DNA from: Candidatus Parcubacteria bacterium | GTDB taxonomy: Bacteria > Patescibacteriota > Minisyncoccia > Minisyncoccales > JAGMDC01 | Assembly (NCBI GenBank): GCA_023128895.1 | Contig: JAGMDC010000003.1 | Location: forward strand, 219,651 to 283,650 | Direction: 5' to 3' | DNA: 64,000 bases | Shown here: positions 7,466-17,385 of the stretch, in pieces | Position numbering within the stretch: position 1 is the stretch's first letter | Layout: each line of letters begins with the position of its first letter | Made by a program: the position numbers and the translations under genes | The notes under the pieces: model-generated | What the model was told of the DNA's origin: nothing | The model's database searches: none | The model's input: the letters and a program-made list of their open reading frames with translations, nothing else

Positions 7466-8488
7466 ATGACGAACAATAAACAAACAACTTATGCCGAGAG
7501 CGGAGTAAACATAGATGCCGGAAACAAGGCAGTTAATCTTATAAAAAACGAGGCTCAAAAAACCTTTCGGCACTATAACGGAAAAATCCTTTCAGGGATA
7601 GGCGGATTTAGCGGTGTAATTGAACTTGCCGACAAAAGAGTTATGGGAACAAGCACAGATGGAGTCGGCACAAAGCTCATGCTGTCCATCATCATGGAAA
7701 AACACGATACGGTAGGCATTGATTTGGTCGCAATGTGCGTCAATGACCTTATTGTGGCAGGTATAACGCCTGCTATTTTTTTAGATTATATTGCCATGGG
7801 CAAACAAATTCCAAAAAGAACATCATTGATAGTAAAAGGAATTATAGAGGGTTGTGAAAGGGCTGAAACAGCTCTCTTGGGAGGCGAGATGGCTGAAATG
7901 CCGGGAATGTATAAAGACAATGATTACGATCTTGCTGGATTTGCAATTGGGTTTGCAGATTCAAAAGAGAACCTTATTTTAGGAAAAGATATCAAACCGG
8001 GCATGAAAGTATTTGGACTCCCCTCTTCCGGAGTTCATTCCAACGGCTATAGTCTTGCTAGAAAAGTATTTGGCATAGATATTAACAAACCTAAAAAAGC
8101 AAAAAAAATACTTGATAAACAGCATTCTTTCATAGGAAAAACTTTAGGAGAAGAACTGCTTGAACCAACGACTATATATGTTAAACAAATCAAATCCTTG
8201 CTTTCAAAGTATAAAATTGCCGGTATGGTGCACATAACCGGCGGCGGTATTATTGAGAACCCTCCCCGCGTATTGCCAAAAGGGTGCGCCATAAATATCA
8301 AAATGGGTTCGTGGCCAGTCAATCCGATATTTAAATATATCCAAAAAAAAGGAAACATTTCTATCAAAGAAATGTTAAAAACATTTAATTACGGCATTGG
8401 ATTAATGGTTATTTCAGATGATGACATAAAACAAGGAATTCCTATAGGAAAAGTGGTTAAAGGAAATAAAGAAGTCCGCCTTATATAA
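7466..8488 (+). CDS. purM: phosphoribosylformylglycinamidine cyclo-ligase (AIR synthetase)
   Basis: 340 aa: YAESGVNIDAGN, GGFSG, DGVGTK and GGGIIENPPR motifs, with purL adjacent. Confidence 0.95.
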   Translation: MTNNKQTTYAESGVNIDAGNKAVNLIKNEAQKTFRHYNGKILSGIGGFSGVIELADKRVMGTSTDGVGTKLMLSIIMEKHDTVGIDLVAMCVNDLIVAGITPAIFLDYIAMGKQIPKRTSLIVKGIIEGCERAETALLGGEMAEMPGMYKDNDYDLAGFAIGFADSKENLILGKDIKPGMKVFGLPSSGVHSNGYSLARKVFGIDINKPKKAKKILDKQHSFIGKTLGEELLEPTTIYVKQIKSLLSKYKIAGMVHITGGGIIENPPRVLPKGCAINIKMGSWPVNPIFKYIQKKGNISIKEMLKTFNYGIGLMVISDDDIKQGIPIGKVVKGNKEVRLI

Positions 8489-8489
8489 T

Positions 8490-11400
8490 ATGTATCATTT
8501 TTACCATAAAATTTCAGATGAATTAGAATATTGTTTTAATGTTGAAGTTTCAAAAAAGCTTACGCAAAGCCAGAAATTTGTTTTAAAACAAATTTTATCA
8601 GATGGATTTTTATCAGACAGCGTAAAAACCAAATCATCTCTTGATTTTAAAAACAAAAAGATAATTGAAATAGGTCCGCGTCTAAATTTCGCGACGGCTT
8701 TTTCAACTAATGCTGTTTCTATTTGTCATGTCGCAGGATTAAAAAACGTTTTAAGGATTGAAAAATCTAAAAGATACGCAATCTCTCTTCAATCAGACAG
8801 TTCAGAATTTATCAAAAAAAATTATGACAGAATGACTGAATCTCATTACTTAAAACCTCTTGAAAAATTTAGGACGAATATTAAGCCAAAAAAAGTTTAT
8901 ACAATCCCTTTGTTAAAAGACGGTATTTCTGCGATTAAAAAAATTAACAAAGAAATGGGCTTGGGCATGGATGAATGGGATGAAAAATTTTATTACGATT
9001 TATTTGCAAAAGATTTAAAAAGAGACCCGACTAACGTTGAATGTTTTCAGCTTGGCCAGGCAAACAGCGAGCATTCTCGTCATTGGTTTTTTAACGGCAA
9101 GTTGATTATAGACAAAAAGGAAATCCCTGAAACGCTGTTTGACATAGTGCGCGCTCCAATTGGGGCTAATAAGGAAAATAGCATTATTGCCTTTAAAGAC
9201 AACTCAAGCGCTATCAAAGGAAATGAAATTATAACTATTATCCCTGAAGCACCGGGGAAAGCATCTGCTCTTAAAAAAGAGAAACTAAATTACGACATTA
9301 CTTTTACAGCGGAAACTCATAATTTTCCTTCAGGAGTAGCGCCTTTCCCCGGGGCGGAAACCGGCACCGGCGGAAGGATAAGGGATGGGCAGGCAACGGG
9401 CAAGGGCTCTTTGATTGTAGCCGGAACAGCCGGTTATTGCGTGGGCAACTTAAATATCCCAAAATATAAGTTGCCATGGGAAGATAAAAATTTTACTTAT
9501 CCAAATAATTTGGCAAGCCCTTTGAAAATAGAAATACAGGCAAGCAACGGCGCTTCTGATTATGGAAACAAATTCGGCGAACCGCTTATTCAAGGATTTA
9601 CCCGTTCTTTTGGCATAAGATTGCCAAATAAAGAAAGAAGAGAATGGCTAAAACCAATAATGTTTACCGGCGGAGTTGGTCAAATTAATAGACGCCACAC
9701 AGAAAAAGAAGCGCCTCAAAAAGGTATGATTATTATTCAGATTGGCGGTCCGGCTTACAGGATAGGTACTGGAGGAGGGGCCGCGTCCAGCATGATTCAA
9801 GGAGAAAATTTGGCAGAGCTTGATTTTAACGCGGTACAGCGAGGCGATGCAGAAATGGAGCAAAAAATGAACAGAGTAATACGAGCGTGTGTTGAGATGG
9901 GTAAAAATAATCCGATCATAAGCATCCACGACCAGGGAGCAGGCGGCCCGTGCAACGTGTTAACAGAATTAGTTGAACCGGCCGGCGGAAAAGTGGAGAT
10001 AAGAAATATCAATGTTGGAGACAAAACATTATCTGTTTTAGAAATTTGGGGAGCTGAATACCAAGAACGGAACGCTTTGCTTATTAAATCCTCCAAAATA
10101 GAAAAATTTGATAAAATGTGCAAAAGAGAAAAAGTAAAGTATGAGCGTTTGGGTGAAATTACAGAAGACGGCCGCATAACTGTTTATGATAGAAAAGACA
10201 ACTCTTTTCCGGTAAATCTTGAATTATCTAAAATTTTGGGCAAAATGCCGCAAAAAACATTTAAAGACGAAACACAAACTTCAAATTTGGATAACCTAAA
10301 ATTACCGGAAAAATTAAATTTCAAAAAAGCGCTGGAAAATGTCCTGCGTCTCGTCTCTGTCGGATCAAAACGGTTTCTTACAACTAAAGTTGACAGAAGC
10401 GTAACAGGACTTATCGCAAGACAACAATGCTGCGGCCCTCTGCAGCTGACTGTTTCTGATGTTGCGGTTATAGCGCAAAGCCATTTCGGCAATACCGGCG
10501 CGGCAATAGCCATTGGAGAACAGCCGATAAAAACACTCGTGAATTGTGAAGCAGGCGCTCGTATGTCTGTGGGAGAGGCGTTAACTAATCTCGTCTGGGC
10601 AAAAATAGAAAAATTAGGCAATATAAAATGTTCGGCTAATTGGATGCTGGCGGCAAAACTGCCCGGCGAGGGAATAAATTTGTATTATGCAGCTGCTGCT
10701 ATGAGAAAAATAATGATTGATTTGGGTATTGCTGTTGACGGCGGCAAAGACAGCCTGTCTATGGCTGCTAAAGTAGGTGATGAAATAGTAAAATCGCCTA
10801 ATGAATTAACTATATCAGCTTATGCTGATATGGCTGACATTAATAAAGTTATAACCCCTGATATTAAAAAACCCGGTAAAAGCGAACTATGGCTAATTGA
10901 TATCGGAAACAATAAAAACAGGCTTGGCGGCTCAGCTCTTGCTCATAGTTTAGGGCAAATAGGAAACGAATCTCCTGATGTTGATGACTCAGATGTTCTT
11001 AAAAGATCATTTTGCGCTATTCAGCAAATGATAGATGAAAAAATTATTCTTTCAGGGCATGACAGATCCGATGGCGGCTTGATTACAACTATTCTTGAGA
11101 TGGCTTTTGCGGGCAACTGCGGAGTAGATATTTCTTTCAAATTATCTCCTGACGATATTCTCCCCTATTATTTCAATGAGGAATTAGGCCTTGTTGTGGA
11201 AGTTGATTTGAATAACCGGAAAAAATTTACGGGAATTATTAAAAAACATAATTTGGAGAACATAACTTCTTTAATCGCACAGACATTTGCGAACCAGAAA
11301 ATTAAAATTGTCTCTGGAGATAATATAATTTTAAATGAAAATATGTTGGATCTCCGCCAGCTGTGGGAGGAAACCAGCCATCAGTTAAACAAATTGCAAA

Positions 11401-12314
11401 CAGAAAAAAAGCAGGCTATAGAAGAGAAAAGAAATATATATGAAAGGAAAAATCCTCAATATAAAATTGCTTTTGTTCCTAAACAAATGCCTCAAAAAAT
11501 TTTGGAGAAAAAAGAAAAAATTAAGATTGCTATTATCAGAGAAGAAGGCAGCAACGGTGACAGAGAAATGAGCAGCGCTTTTTATATGGCTGGTTTTGAA
11601 CCCTGGGACGTTACAATGTCAGACCTGTTAAATAATAAGATTAATCTTGATGATTTCCGCGGCATCGCGTTTGTCGGCGGATTCTCTTATGCTGATGTGC
11701 TTGGTTCAGCCAAGGGATGGGCCAGCACGATTCGCTTTAATGACAAACTCAAAAATATTTTTGATGCCTTCTATAATCGTAAAAATACTTTCTCTTTAGG
11801 AGTATGCAATGGCTGCCAGCTAATGAGCCTTTTGGGCTGGGTGCCTGCAAAAGATGTTGAAGATAAAAAACAGCCCAGATTTATAAAAAATAATTCTGCA
11901 CGTTTTGAATCACGATGGGTAACTGTAAAAATTTCTCAAAGCCCTGCTATTATGTTAAAAAATATGGAAAATTCTGTATTGGGTATTTGGGTCGCTCACG
12001 GCGAAGGCAGATTGTCGTTTCCAAATAATCAATTGTTAAAAAATGCTATTGATAAAAAACTAACTCCTCTTTCCTATGTAGACGATAATGGAAATTCTAC
12101 CGAGAAATATCCGTTTAATCCAAACGGATCGCCGCAAGGAATCACAGCGCTTTGTTCTGAAGACGGAAGACATTTAGCCATGATGCCGCACCCGGAACGA
12201 ACTTTTCTCAAATGGCAGTGGCCCTGGATGCCGGAAAAAATGAAAAAAGAATTACAGGCATCGCCTTGGCTTAAGATGTTTCAAAACGCCAGAAAATGGT
12301 GCGAGAAAAATTAA
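8490..12314 (+). CDS. purL: phosphoribosylformylglycinamide amidine synthase, single-chain large form with C-terminal glutaminase
   Basis: 1274 aa: ETHNFPS, GGRIRDG, C-terminal GVCNGCQ and HGEG triad motifs. Confidence 0.95.
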   Translation: MYHFYHKISDELEYCFNVEVSKKLTQSQKFVLKQILSDGFLSDSVKTKSSLDFKNKKIIEIGPRLNFATAFSTNAVSICHVAGLKNVLRIEKSKRYAISLQSDSSEFIKKNYDRMTESHYLKPLEKFRTNIKPKKVYTIPLLKDGISAIKKINKEMGLGMDEWDEKFYYDLFAKDLKRDPTNVECFQLGQANSEHSRHWFFNGKLIIDKKEIPETLFDIVRAPIGANKENSIIAFKDNSSAIKGNEIITIIPEAPGKASALKKEKLNYDITFTAETHNFPSGVAPFPGAETGTGGRIRDGQATGKGSLIVAGTAGYCVGNLNIPKYKLPWEDKNFTYPNNLASPLKIEIQASNGASDYGNKFGEPLIQGFTRSFGIRLPNKERREWLKPIMFTGGVGQINRRHTEKEAPQKGMIIIQIGGPAYRIGTGGGAASSMIQGENLAELDFNAVQRGDAEMEQKMNRVIRACVEMGKNNPIISIHDQGAGGPCNVLTELVEPAGGKVEIRNINVGDKTLSVLEIWGAEYQERNALLIKSSKIEKFDKMCKREKVKYERLGEITEDGRITVYDRKDNSFPVNLELSKILGKMPQKTFKDETQTSNLDNLKLPEKLNFKKALENVLRLVSVGSKRFLTTKVDRSVTGLIARQQCCGPLQLTVSDVAVIAQSHFGNTGAAIAIGEQPIKTLVNCEAGARMSVGEALTNLVWAKIEKLGNIKCSANWMLAAKLPGEGINLYYAAAAMRKIMIDLGIAVDGGKDSLSMAAKVGDEIVKSPNELTISAYADMADINKVITPDIKKPGKSELWLIDIGNNKNRLGGSALAHSLGQIGNESPDVDDSDVLKRSFCAIQQMIDEKIILSGHDRSDGGLITTILEMAFAGNCGVDISFKLSPDDILPYYFNEELGLVVEVDLNNRKKFTGIIKKHNLENITSLIAQTFANQKIKIVSGDNIILNENMLDLRQLWEETSHQLNKLQTEKKQAIEEKRNIYERKNPQYKIAFVPKQMPQKILEKKEKIKIAIIREEGSNGDREMSSAFYMAGFEPWDVTMSDLLNNKINLDDFRGIAFVGGFSYADVLGSAKGWASTIRFNDKLKNIFDAFYNRKNTFSLGVCNGCQLMSLLGWVPAKDVEDKKQPRFIKNNSARFESRWVTVKISQSPAIMLKNMENSVLGIWVAHGEGRLSFPNNQLLKNAIDKKLTPLSYVDDNGNSTEKYPFNPNGSPQGITALCSEDGRHLAMMPHPERTFLKWQWPWMPEKMKKELQASPWLKMFQNARKWCEKN

Positions 12315-12397
12315 ACAAAAAAAAAGCGGGAAGCGACTCCCATTATTTTTTATTTTTTGTATTTTTGATATTGCTTTAGACAGCGGCTGTCGTTCGT

Positions 12398-14953
12398 TTA
12401 TATACTGGTGTTTTTTGTCATATTTGTGCAATTGTCTTCTTTGGCAGTATCTGTGGTTTTGTTGATTTCTTTCACTGAAGAGGTTTTGCAAAATACGTTA
12501 AGTTTTGCCCAGCTTTCATCGTAAACTATTTTATTGTCGGTTATTGCGGTTGCGTTTAACTTATTTTTGAATTTGCCGCATTTAGTCACGTTTGCGTTTA
12601 TTAAAAAGACAATAGTTTTCTTTGGCTCAAGTGGTCTCTCAATTAGCCATCTAAGGATTGTAGTTCCGTCTGGACCAGGGATTATTTCGTTGGGTTCCGG
12701 CGTTTCAGATTCAACTCTGATGTATTCTAAACCGTTCGGCAGTACATCTATGAGCGTAATGTTTGTTAGATTAGAGCACAAGCCTGGATTGCGGACCGTT
12801 AGGTTGAATTTTACTTCTTCTGTGACATTTGCAGTAATTTCCTTTATCCATTCCTCTGTATTTAAGTTAAACACTGTTTTGTCAATGTTTATCTCTGATG
12901 AAGTTATTTGAGCCCAGACTTTCCCCGAACCCCAATATTGGTTGTCAGTTTTCGGCCAGGTAGTTTCTGTCCACATATCTTCTCTTGCAGTATTCATAAA
13001 ATAGTTCTTTAGTTCGTACGGTGTAGTTTTTGGGTTACATTCCAAGTAAAGGGCATATACTCCTGCAACAATTGGCGCAGACATGCTTGTTCCTGCTGCA
13101 ATTTTATGAGCATTGTCAGGATCTATCCATCCTTCCCATGTATACGGCAAAGCATCTATTGAAAAGGCTGACATTACTCCAAATCCAGGTGCTGCTATTT
13201 CCGGCTTCATTCTTCCATCTCTGGTTGGGCCACGGCTACTGAAATAAGCGATATCATTCATTTTTGCATTTGTAAACCTATACTTTTTTCCATTAACACT
13301 TGTCCAATTAGTTTTTGTGGAATATGCTCCTACAGTTGTAGCGTTTGGAGAATCAGCTGGCGAGCCGATACTTTTGAAGTAATCTCTGTCGTTTATATCT
13401 GCAAAACTGCCCCATTGATAGTACTCGGATAACATCCAGGCGTCCCATCTGTTATTTCCGCGGTTTCTTTTTGTATCTACCTTTATCTCAATGACCTGAT
13501 TGCACAACTCATGAGTGTCTTTTGCATAAATGAAATAATTCTTGTAACTTGGCCCCTCTGTGTGATAGACAGCAATTGCCCAATTATCCCCTGAACCTAA
13601 AACATTTGTTTCGTTAGCATAGACAGAACCATTAGCAGTAGAGACGTTGATAGATAGATTATCGTCGAGGTCGTAGTAAAGGTCTACCAGAGATTCTTTG
13701 TAAAGCGAGTCTAGTTCGATTTCTAAACTATATATATCGTTGCTATTATAAGTGCCTCCGTAAGGATCTGGCCCGTCTATTGTTGCATGCAACTCTTCGT
13801 CTCCGTCATTTCCAGCAGAGCATACTACTGGTACTCCCTGCTCAATACACCACTCTACTGCTTGAGCCAGAGGACTTGAGCCGTCATGCGGGCTGTTGAA
13901 AAATGTTCCGAAACTGCAGCTTATTACTACCGGAAGTCCTGTGCTTTTTGATTTTTCAACAATATAGTGCAGTCCGTCTACAATCTCGTCATCCCAAAGT
14001 GTAGTTTTGACAAACACAATATTTGCGTCTTTTGCCGCACCGCTGTACTTTCCTGTTTCTTTACCGCTGCTTGCTGCGGCTCCAGCAACATGAGTTCCAT
14101 GCCCAATAGGGTCTGTCTCTCTGCATATCCCAGCTTCTATTTCTGCGTTTGTGTATTCTGTTCCATAACTATATCCCAATGGGCGGGGTCCAAACGGATC
14201 TGTTTGGTCCCAGAGATAAAGTATTTTACTTTTTGTTTTGTTGCTGTCAAACCAGAAATCTCCGTGAGTTGTATCTATCCCGCTGTCAACTATTCCTATA
14301 ATTACATCTTTTCCGGTATATGTCTTGTTTGATGTGTTTGGTTGGCTTGGTATAATTCCAGCCCCTATCTCCGGCACCGCAGAGTCTAACAGCAAACGAA
14401 CAGGTTGAGCAGGTTCAATAAATCTCACAAATTCCAATTCTGCTACATCGTCAATGGCGTCTCTTGGTATATTAGCTGTGTTTAAGGTATCCATTTCTGA
14501 CCTTATCTCCACGCCCAAAGCTTCTAATTGTTCCCGTTGATATTCTTTCAAAGGGGCATCAGTGATAATAGTTCCGGTTATTAGAGACGGCAATCTTTGT
14601 AAATTTCTTTCTGACCTGCTTATTTCTTGCTGTTTTATCGCCAGACTGTTGCTCAATGGTTTTATTTCTGTTCCATCGGTTTTTATTTTATATTCCGCAG
14701 GAATCGGCTCTAGTTCAATTTCCCCGTATTCAAGCGCATATTTTAAGTGAGCGGAGATTTTGTCAGATTCTATAATAGAGCGCGTTTCATTTATATTGCT
14801 GTTATCTATTGAATTGTTTATTTTGCCATTGTCCACATCGATTATCAGGTTTGTTTCATTTGTTTCATTGATTTCCGCTGCTGTCAAAACTGCAAACACA
14901 GACAAAACTAACACTGCCGCTGTAAGCCATACTTTCATTCCATTTTTTTCCAT
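12398..14953 (-). CDS. secreted subtilisin-like serine protease (peptidase S8) with C-terminal Ig-like/DUF11-like domain
   Basis: Catalytic triad motifs VDSGID, HGTHVAG and GTSMSAP. N-terminal signal anchor. An alternative start at 14938 is possible. Confidence 0.9.
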   Translation of the reverse strand: MEKNGMKVWLTAAVLVLSVFAVLTAAEINETNETNLIIDVDNGKINNSIDNSNINETRSIIESDKISAHLKYALEYGEIELEPIPAEYKIKTDGTEIKPLSNSLAIKQQEISRSERNLQRLPSLITGTIITDAPLKEYQREQLEALGVEIRSEMDTLNTANIPRDAIDDVAELEFVRFIEPAQPVRLLLDSAVPEIGAGIIPSQPNTSNKTYTGKDVIIGIVDSGIDTTHGDFWFDSNKTKSKILYLWDQTDPFGPRPLGYSYGTEYTNAEIEAGICRETDPIGHGTHVAGAAASSGKETGKYSGAAKDANIVFVKTTLWDDEIVDGLHYIVEKSKSTGLPVVISCSFGTFFNSPHDGSSPLAQAVEWCIEQGVPVVCSAGNDGDEELHATIDGPDPYGGTYNSNDIYSLEIELDSLYKESLVDLYYDLDDNLSINVSTANGSVYANETNVLGSGDNWAIAVYHTEGPSYKNYFIYAKDTHELCNQVIEIKVDTKRNRGNNRWDAWMLSEYYQWGSFADINDRDYFKSIGSPADSPNATTVGAYSTKTNWTSVNGKKYRFTNAKMNDIAYFSSRGPTRDGRMKPEIAAPGFGVMSAFSIDALPYTWEGWIDPDNAHKIAAGTSMSAPIVAGVYALYLECNPKTTPYELKNYFMNTAREDMWTETTWPKTDNQYWGSGKVWAQITSSEINIDKTVFNLNTEEWIKEITANVTEEVKFNLTVRNPGLCSNLTNITLIDVLPNGLEYIRVESETPEPNEIIPGPDGTTILRWLIERPLEPKKTIVFLINANVTKCGKFKNKLNATAITDNKIVYDESWAKLNVFCKTSSVKEINKTTDTAKEDNCTNMTKNTSI

Positions 14954-14979
14954 TTTTTTCTTTTTTCACTCCTATCCGC

Positions 14980-15039
14980 CTTCAAGTGACGGAGGGTAGC
15001 TACTAACTTTTTGTACTGGCCACCCTTTGTCACTTGAAG
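14980..15039 (-). promoter_or_regulatory. long imperfect hairpin in the S8 protease 5' leader
   Basis: CTTCAAGTGAC..AGGGT...ACCCT..GTCACTTGAAG (11 + ~6 bp), downstream of TTGACA-N17-TATAAT. Confidence 0.45.
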
Positions 15040-15155
15040 TCTTCTTTCCATCTTTTTAAAAGTGCTATCAAAATTATAGAATATTAAATTTTAACTGTCA
15101 ACACTCTGTATAAGTCCACCAGTCAAATTTTGTTAAAAATTCAAAAAAGATTATA

Positions 15156-16181
15156 ATGAAAATGATGAAAGAGGCATATCTTTACAAAAAATTATCAAAC
15201 AAAAGAACACAATGCCAAAATTGCGCTCATTATTGTGTTATTTTGCCAGGCAAGCGGGGCATTTGCGGGGTAAGAGAAAATATTGACGGAAAACTTTATG
15301 CCCTAAATTATGGAAAAGCCATTGCCTGCGATATTGACCCAATTGAAAAAAAGCCCTTGTTTCATTTTTTGCCCGGAAGCCAATCATTATCTATTGCCAC
15401 TGTGGGATGCAATTTTTCCTGCGCTAATTGCCAAAACTGGAATATATCCCAAGGTCCAAAACCAAATAAACCAATTTTAGGAGAAGATTTGACCCCGGGA
15501 GAAATTGTCAGAATTGCCAAAGAGAATAATTTGCCTTCTATTGCTTATACCTATACCTCTCCTACTATTTTTTCCGACTATGCCTTAGATACAATGAAAT
15601 TGGCGAAAAAACAAGGAATAAAAAATATCTGGGTTAGCAATGGTTTCTGGTCAAAAGAATTATTTGACTTAATCTCTCCATATTTGGATGCCGCAAATAT
15701 TGACCTAAAAGGTTTCTCTGATGAGTTTTATAGAAAATACTGCGGCGGACGGCTTCAGCCGGTTTTAGATACTCTAAAACGAATAAAAAAGAAAAAAATT
15801 TGGTTAGAAGTAACCACTTTAGTAATTCCTACATTAAGCGATTCTAAAGAAATGTTTGAGAATATTGCCAATTTTATTAAAAACGAGTTAGGCGCGGAAA
15901 CACCTTGGCATATTTCTCAATTTTCTGGCTTAATTTCCTGGAAACTTCAACATCTGCCGGATACACCGGTTGAAACATTAGAAATGGCCTTTGAAATTGG
16001 TAAAAAGGCCGGGTTGAAATATGTCTATACCGGCAATGTTCCAGGGCTTTCCCAGGAAAACACTTATTGTCCAAAATGCGGAATTTTGGCAATTGAAAGA
16101 ATCGGCTACGCTATCAAGCGTTTTGACAAAAACGGCAAATGTTCAAAATGCAAACAAGACCTAAATATTATTAATTTATGA
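15156..16181 (+). CDS. amrS: AmmeMemoRadiSam system radical SAM enzyme
   Basis: CNFSCANCQNW cluster plus an N-terminal CQNCAHYC...RGICGVR motif. AMMECR1 gene in the same operon. Confidence 0.85.
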   Translation: MKMMKEAYLYKKLSNKRTQCQNCAHYCVILPGKRGICGVRENIDGKLYALNYGKAIACDIDPIEKKPLFHFLPGSQSLSIATVGCNFSCANCQNWNISQGPKPNKPILGEDLTPGEIVRIAKENNLPSIAYTYTSPTIFSDYALDTMKLAKKQGIKNIWVSNGFWSKELFDLISPYLDAANIDLKGFSDEFYRKYCGGRLQPVLDTLKRIKKKKIWLEVTTLVIPTLSDSKEMFENIANFIKNELGAETPWHISQFSGLISWKLQHLPDTPVETLEMAFEIGKKAGLKYVYTGNVPGLSQENTYCPKCGILAIERIGYAIKRFDKNGKCSKCKQDLNIINL

Positions 16182-16789
16182 TTAAATTCGCTTGCTTTTC
16201 TCCTCATCCTCCTCTGCTTTTGCCTGAAGTTGGCTTACACGAGGATAGGGAGAAAGTTAAAAAAACCATTGAAAGCTTGGAATTTTTAGGAAAAAAATTA
16301 AAGGAATCTAATCCTGACAATATTATTATTTCTTCTCCTCATCCGGACTGGGGATTTAATGTTCCGCTGTTTTTTTTGGCTTCAGATTTCCAGGAAGAAA
16401 TTAAAACCTATCTGACTGGTTTAGAATCCCCTATTTTCTGGTTTGAGAAAGGCAAAAAAACCTGTTTAGAATTAGATAAAAAGAAGAGTTATGCCCTAAT
16501 TGCCTCTGGCGATATGTCTCACTGCTTAAAAAAAGACGGCCCTTATGGTCTTCACCCCGATGGTCCAAAATTTGACAAGGCATTAATTGAATACTTAAAG
16601 AAAAAAGATATTAAAAACTTTTTGAAATTAGACGAATATTTTCCTGAAGCAGGTGAATGCGGTTTGCGCTCTTTTTCTTTTCTTTTAGGAATTTTAGAGG
16701 CCTCAGGCTTAAATTGGCAGCCGGAAATTTTATCATACCAATGCCCCTTCGGCGTCGGCTACCTCGTCGTAAATTTCAAATTAGAATAA
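16178..16789 (+). CDS. short LigB/Memo-superfamily protein (occupies the AmrB position)
   Basis: 203 aa: FSPHPPLLLPEVG N-terminus and SGDMSHC. 4-nt overlap with amrS. Confidence 0.5.
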   Translation: MIKFACFSPHPPLLLPEVGLHEDREKVKKTIESLEFLGKKLKESNPDNIIISSPHPDWGFNVPLFFLASDFQEEIKTYLTGLESPIFWFEKGKKTCLELDKKKSYALIASGDMSHCLKKDGPYGLHPDGPKFDKALIEYLKKKDIKNFLKLDEYFPEAGECGLRSFSFLLGILEASGLNWQPEILSYQCPFGVGYLVVNFKLE

Positions 16790-16796
16790 TTTTTAT

Positions 16797-17360
16797 ATGA
16801 ACCAATATATTTTACTCGCTAAAAAGGCGGTGGAAAATTACATAAAAGAAAGAAAGATTGTTTCTCTGCCTGAAAATTTGCCGCAGGAGTTTTTGGCGCG
16901 AAAAGCCGGCACATTTGTAACTATTGAGAAAAAAGGCGAATTGCGAGGATGTATCGGCACCTATCTGCCAACAAAAAAAAACATCGCGCAGGAAATTATT
17001 CATAACGCCATTGCCGCTGCGTCTAAAGATTATCGCTTCTCCCCTATCCAGGAAAAAGAACTTCCCGAGCTTTCTTATACTGTCTATGTTTTAAATAAAC
17101 CAGAACAAATAAAGAGCATAAATGAATTAAATCCGAGAAAATACGGCATCCTTGTAAAATCGCAATCCTTTTCTCCTGGCTCTGATGTTATTTTTGAGCC
17201 TGCGCCAAGGGCTTATTATAAATCAGGATTGCTTTTGCCTGATTTACAAGGAATAAATACTGCTGAAAAGCAAATTGCCGCTGCCTGTGAAAAAGGAAAC
17301 ATAAATCCAAACTTTGAAAAAATAATTATTTATCGATTTACAGTAGATAAATACCAATGA
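16797..17360 (+). CDS. amrA: AMMECR1 domain protein (AmmeMemoRadiSam system protein A)
   Basis: LRGCIGT motif, 187 aa. Confidence 0.85.
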   Translation: MNQYILLAKKAVENYIKERKIVSLPENLPQEFLARKAGTFVTIEKKGELRGCIGTYLPTKKNIAQEIIHNAIAAASKDYRFSPIQEKELPELSYTVYVLNKPEQIKSINELNPRKYGILVKSQSFSPGSDVIFEPAPRAYYKSGLLLPDLQGINTAEKQIAAACEKGNINPNFEKIIIYRFTVDKYQ

Positions 17361-17385
17361 AGCGGCTCATGCTTAACGCCGCCAT

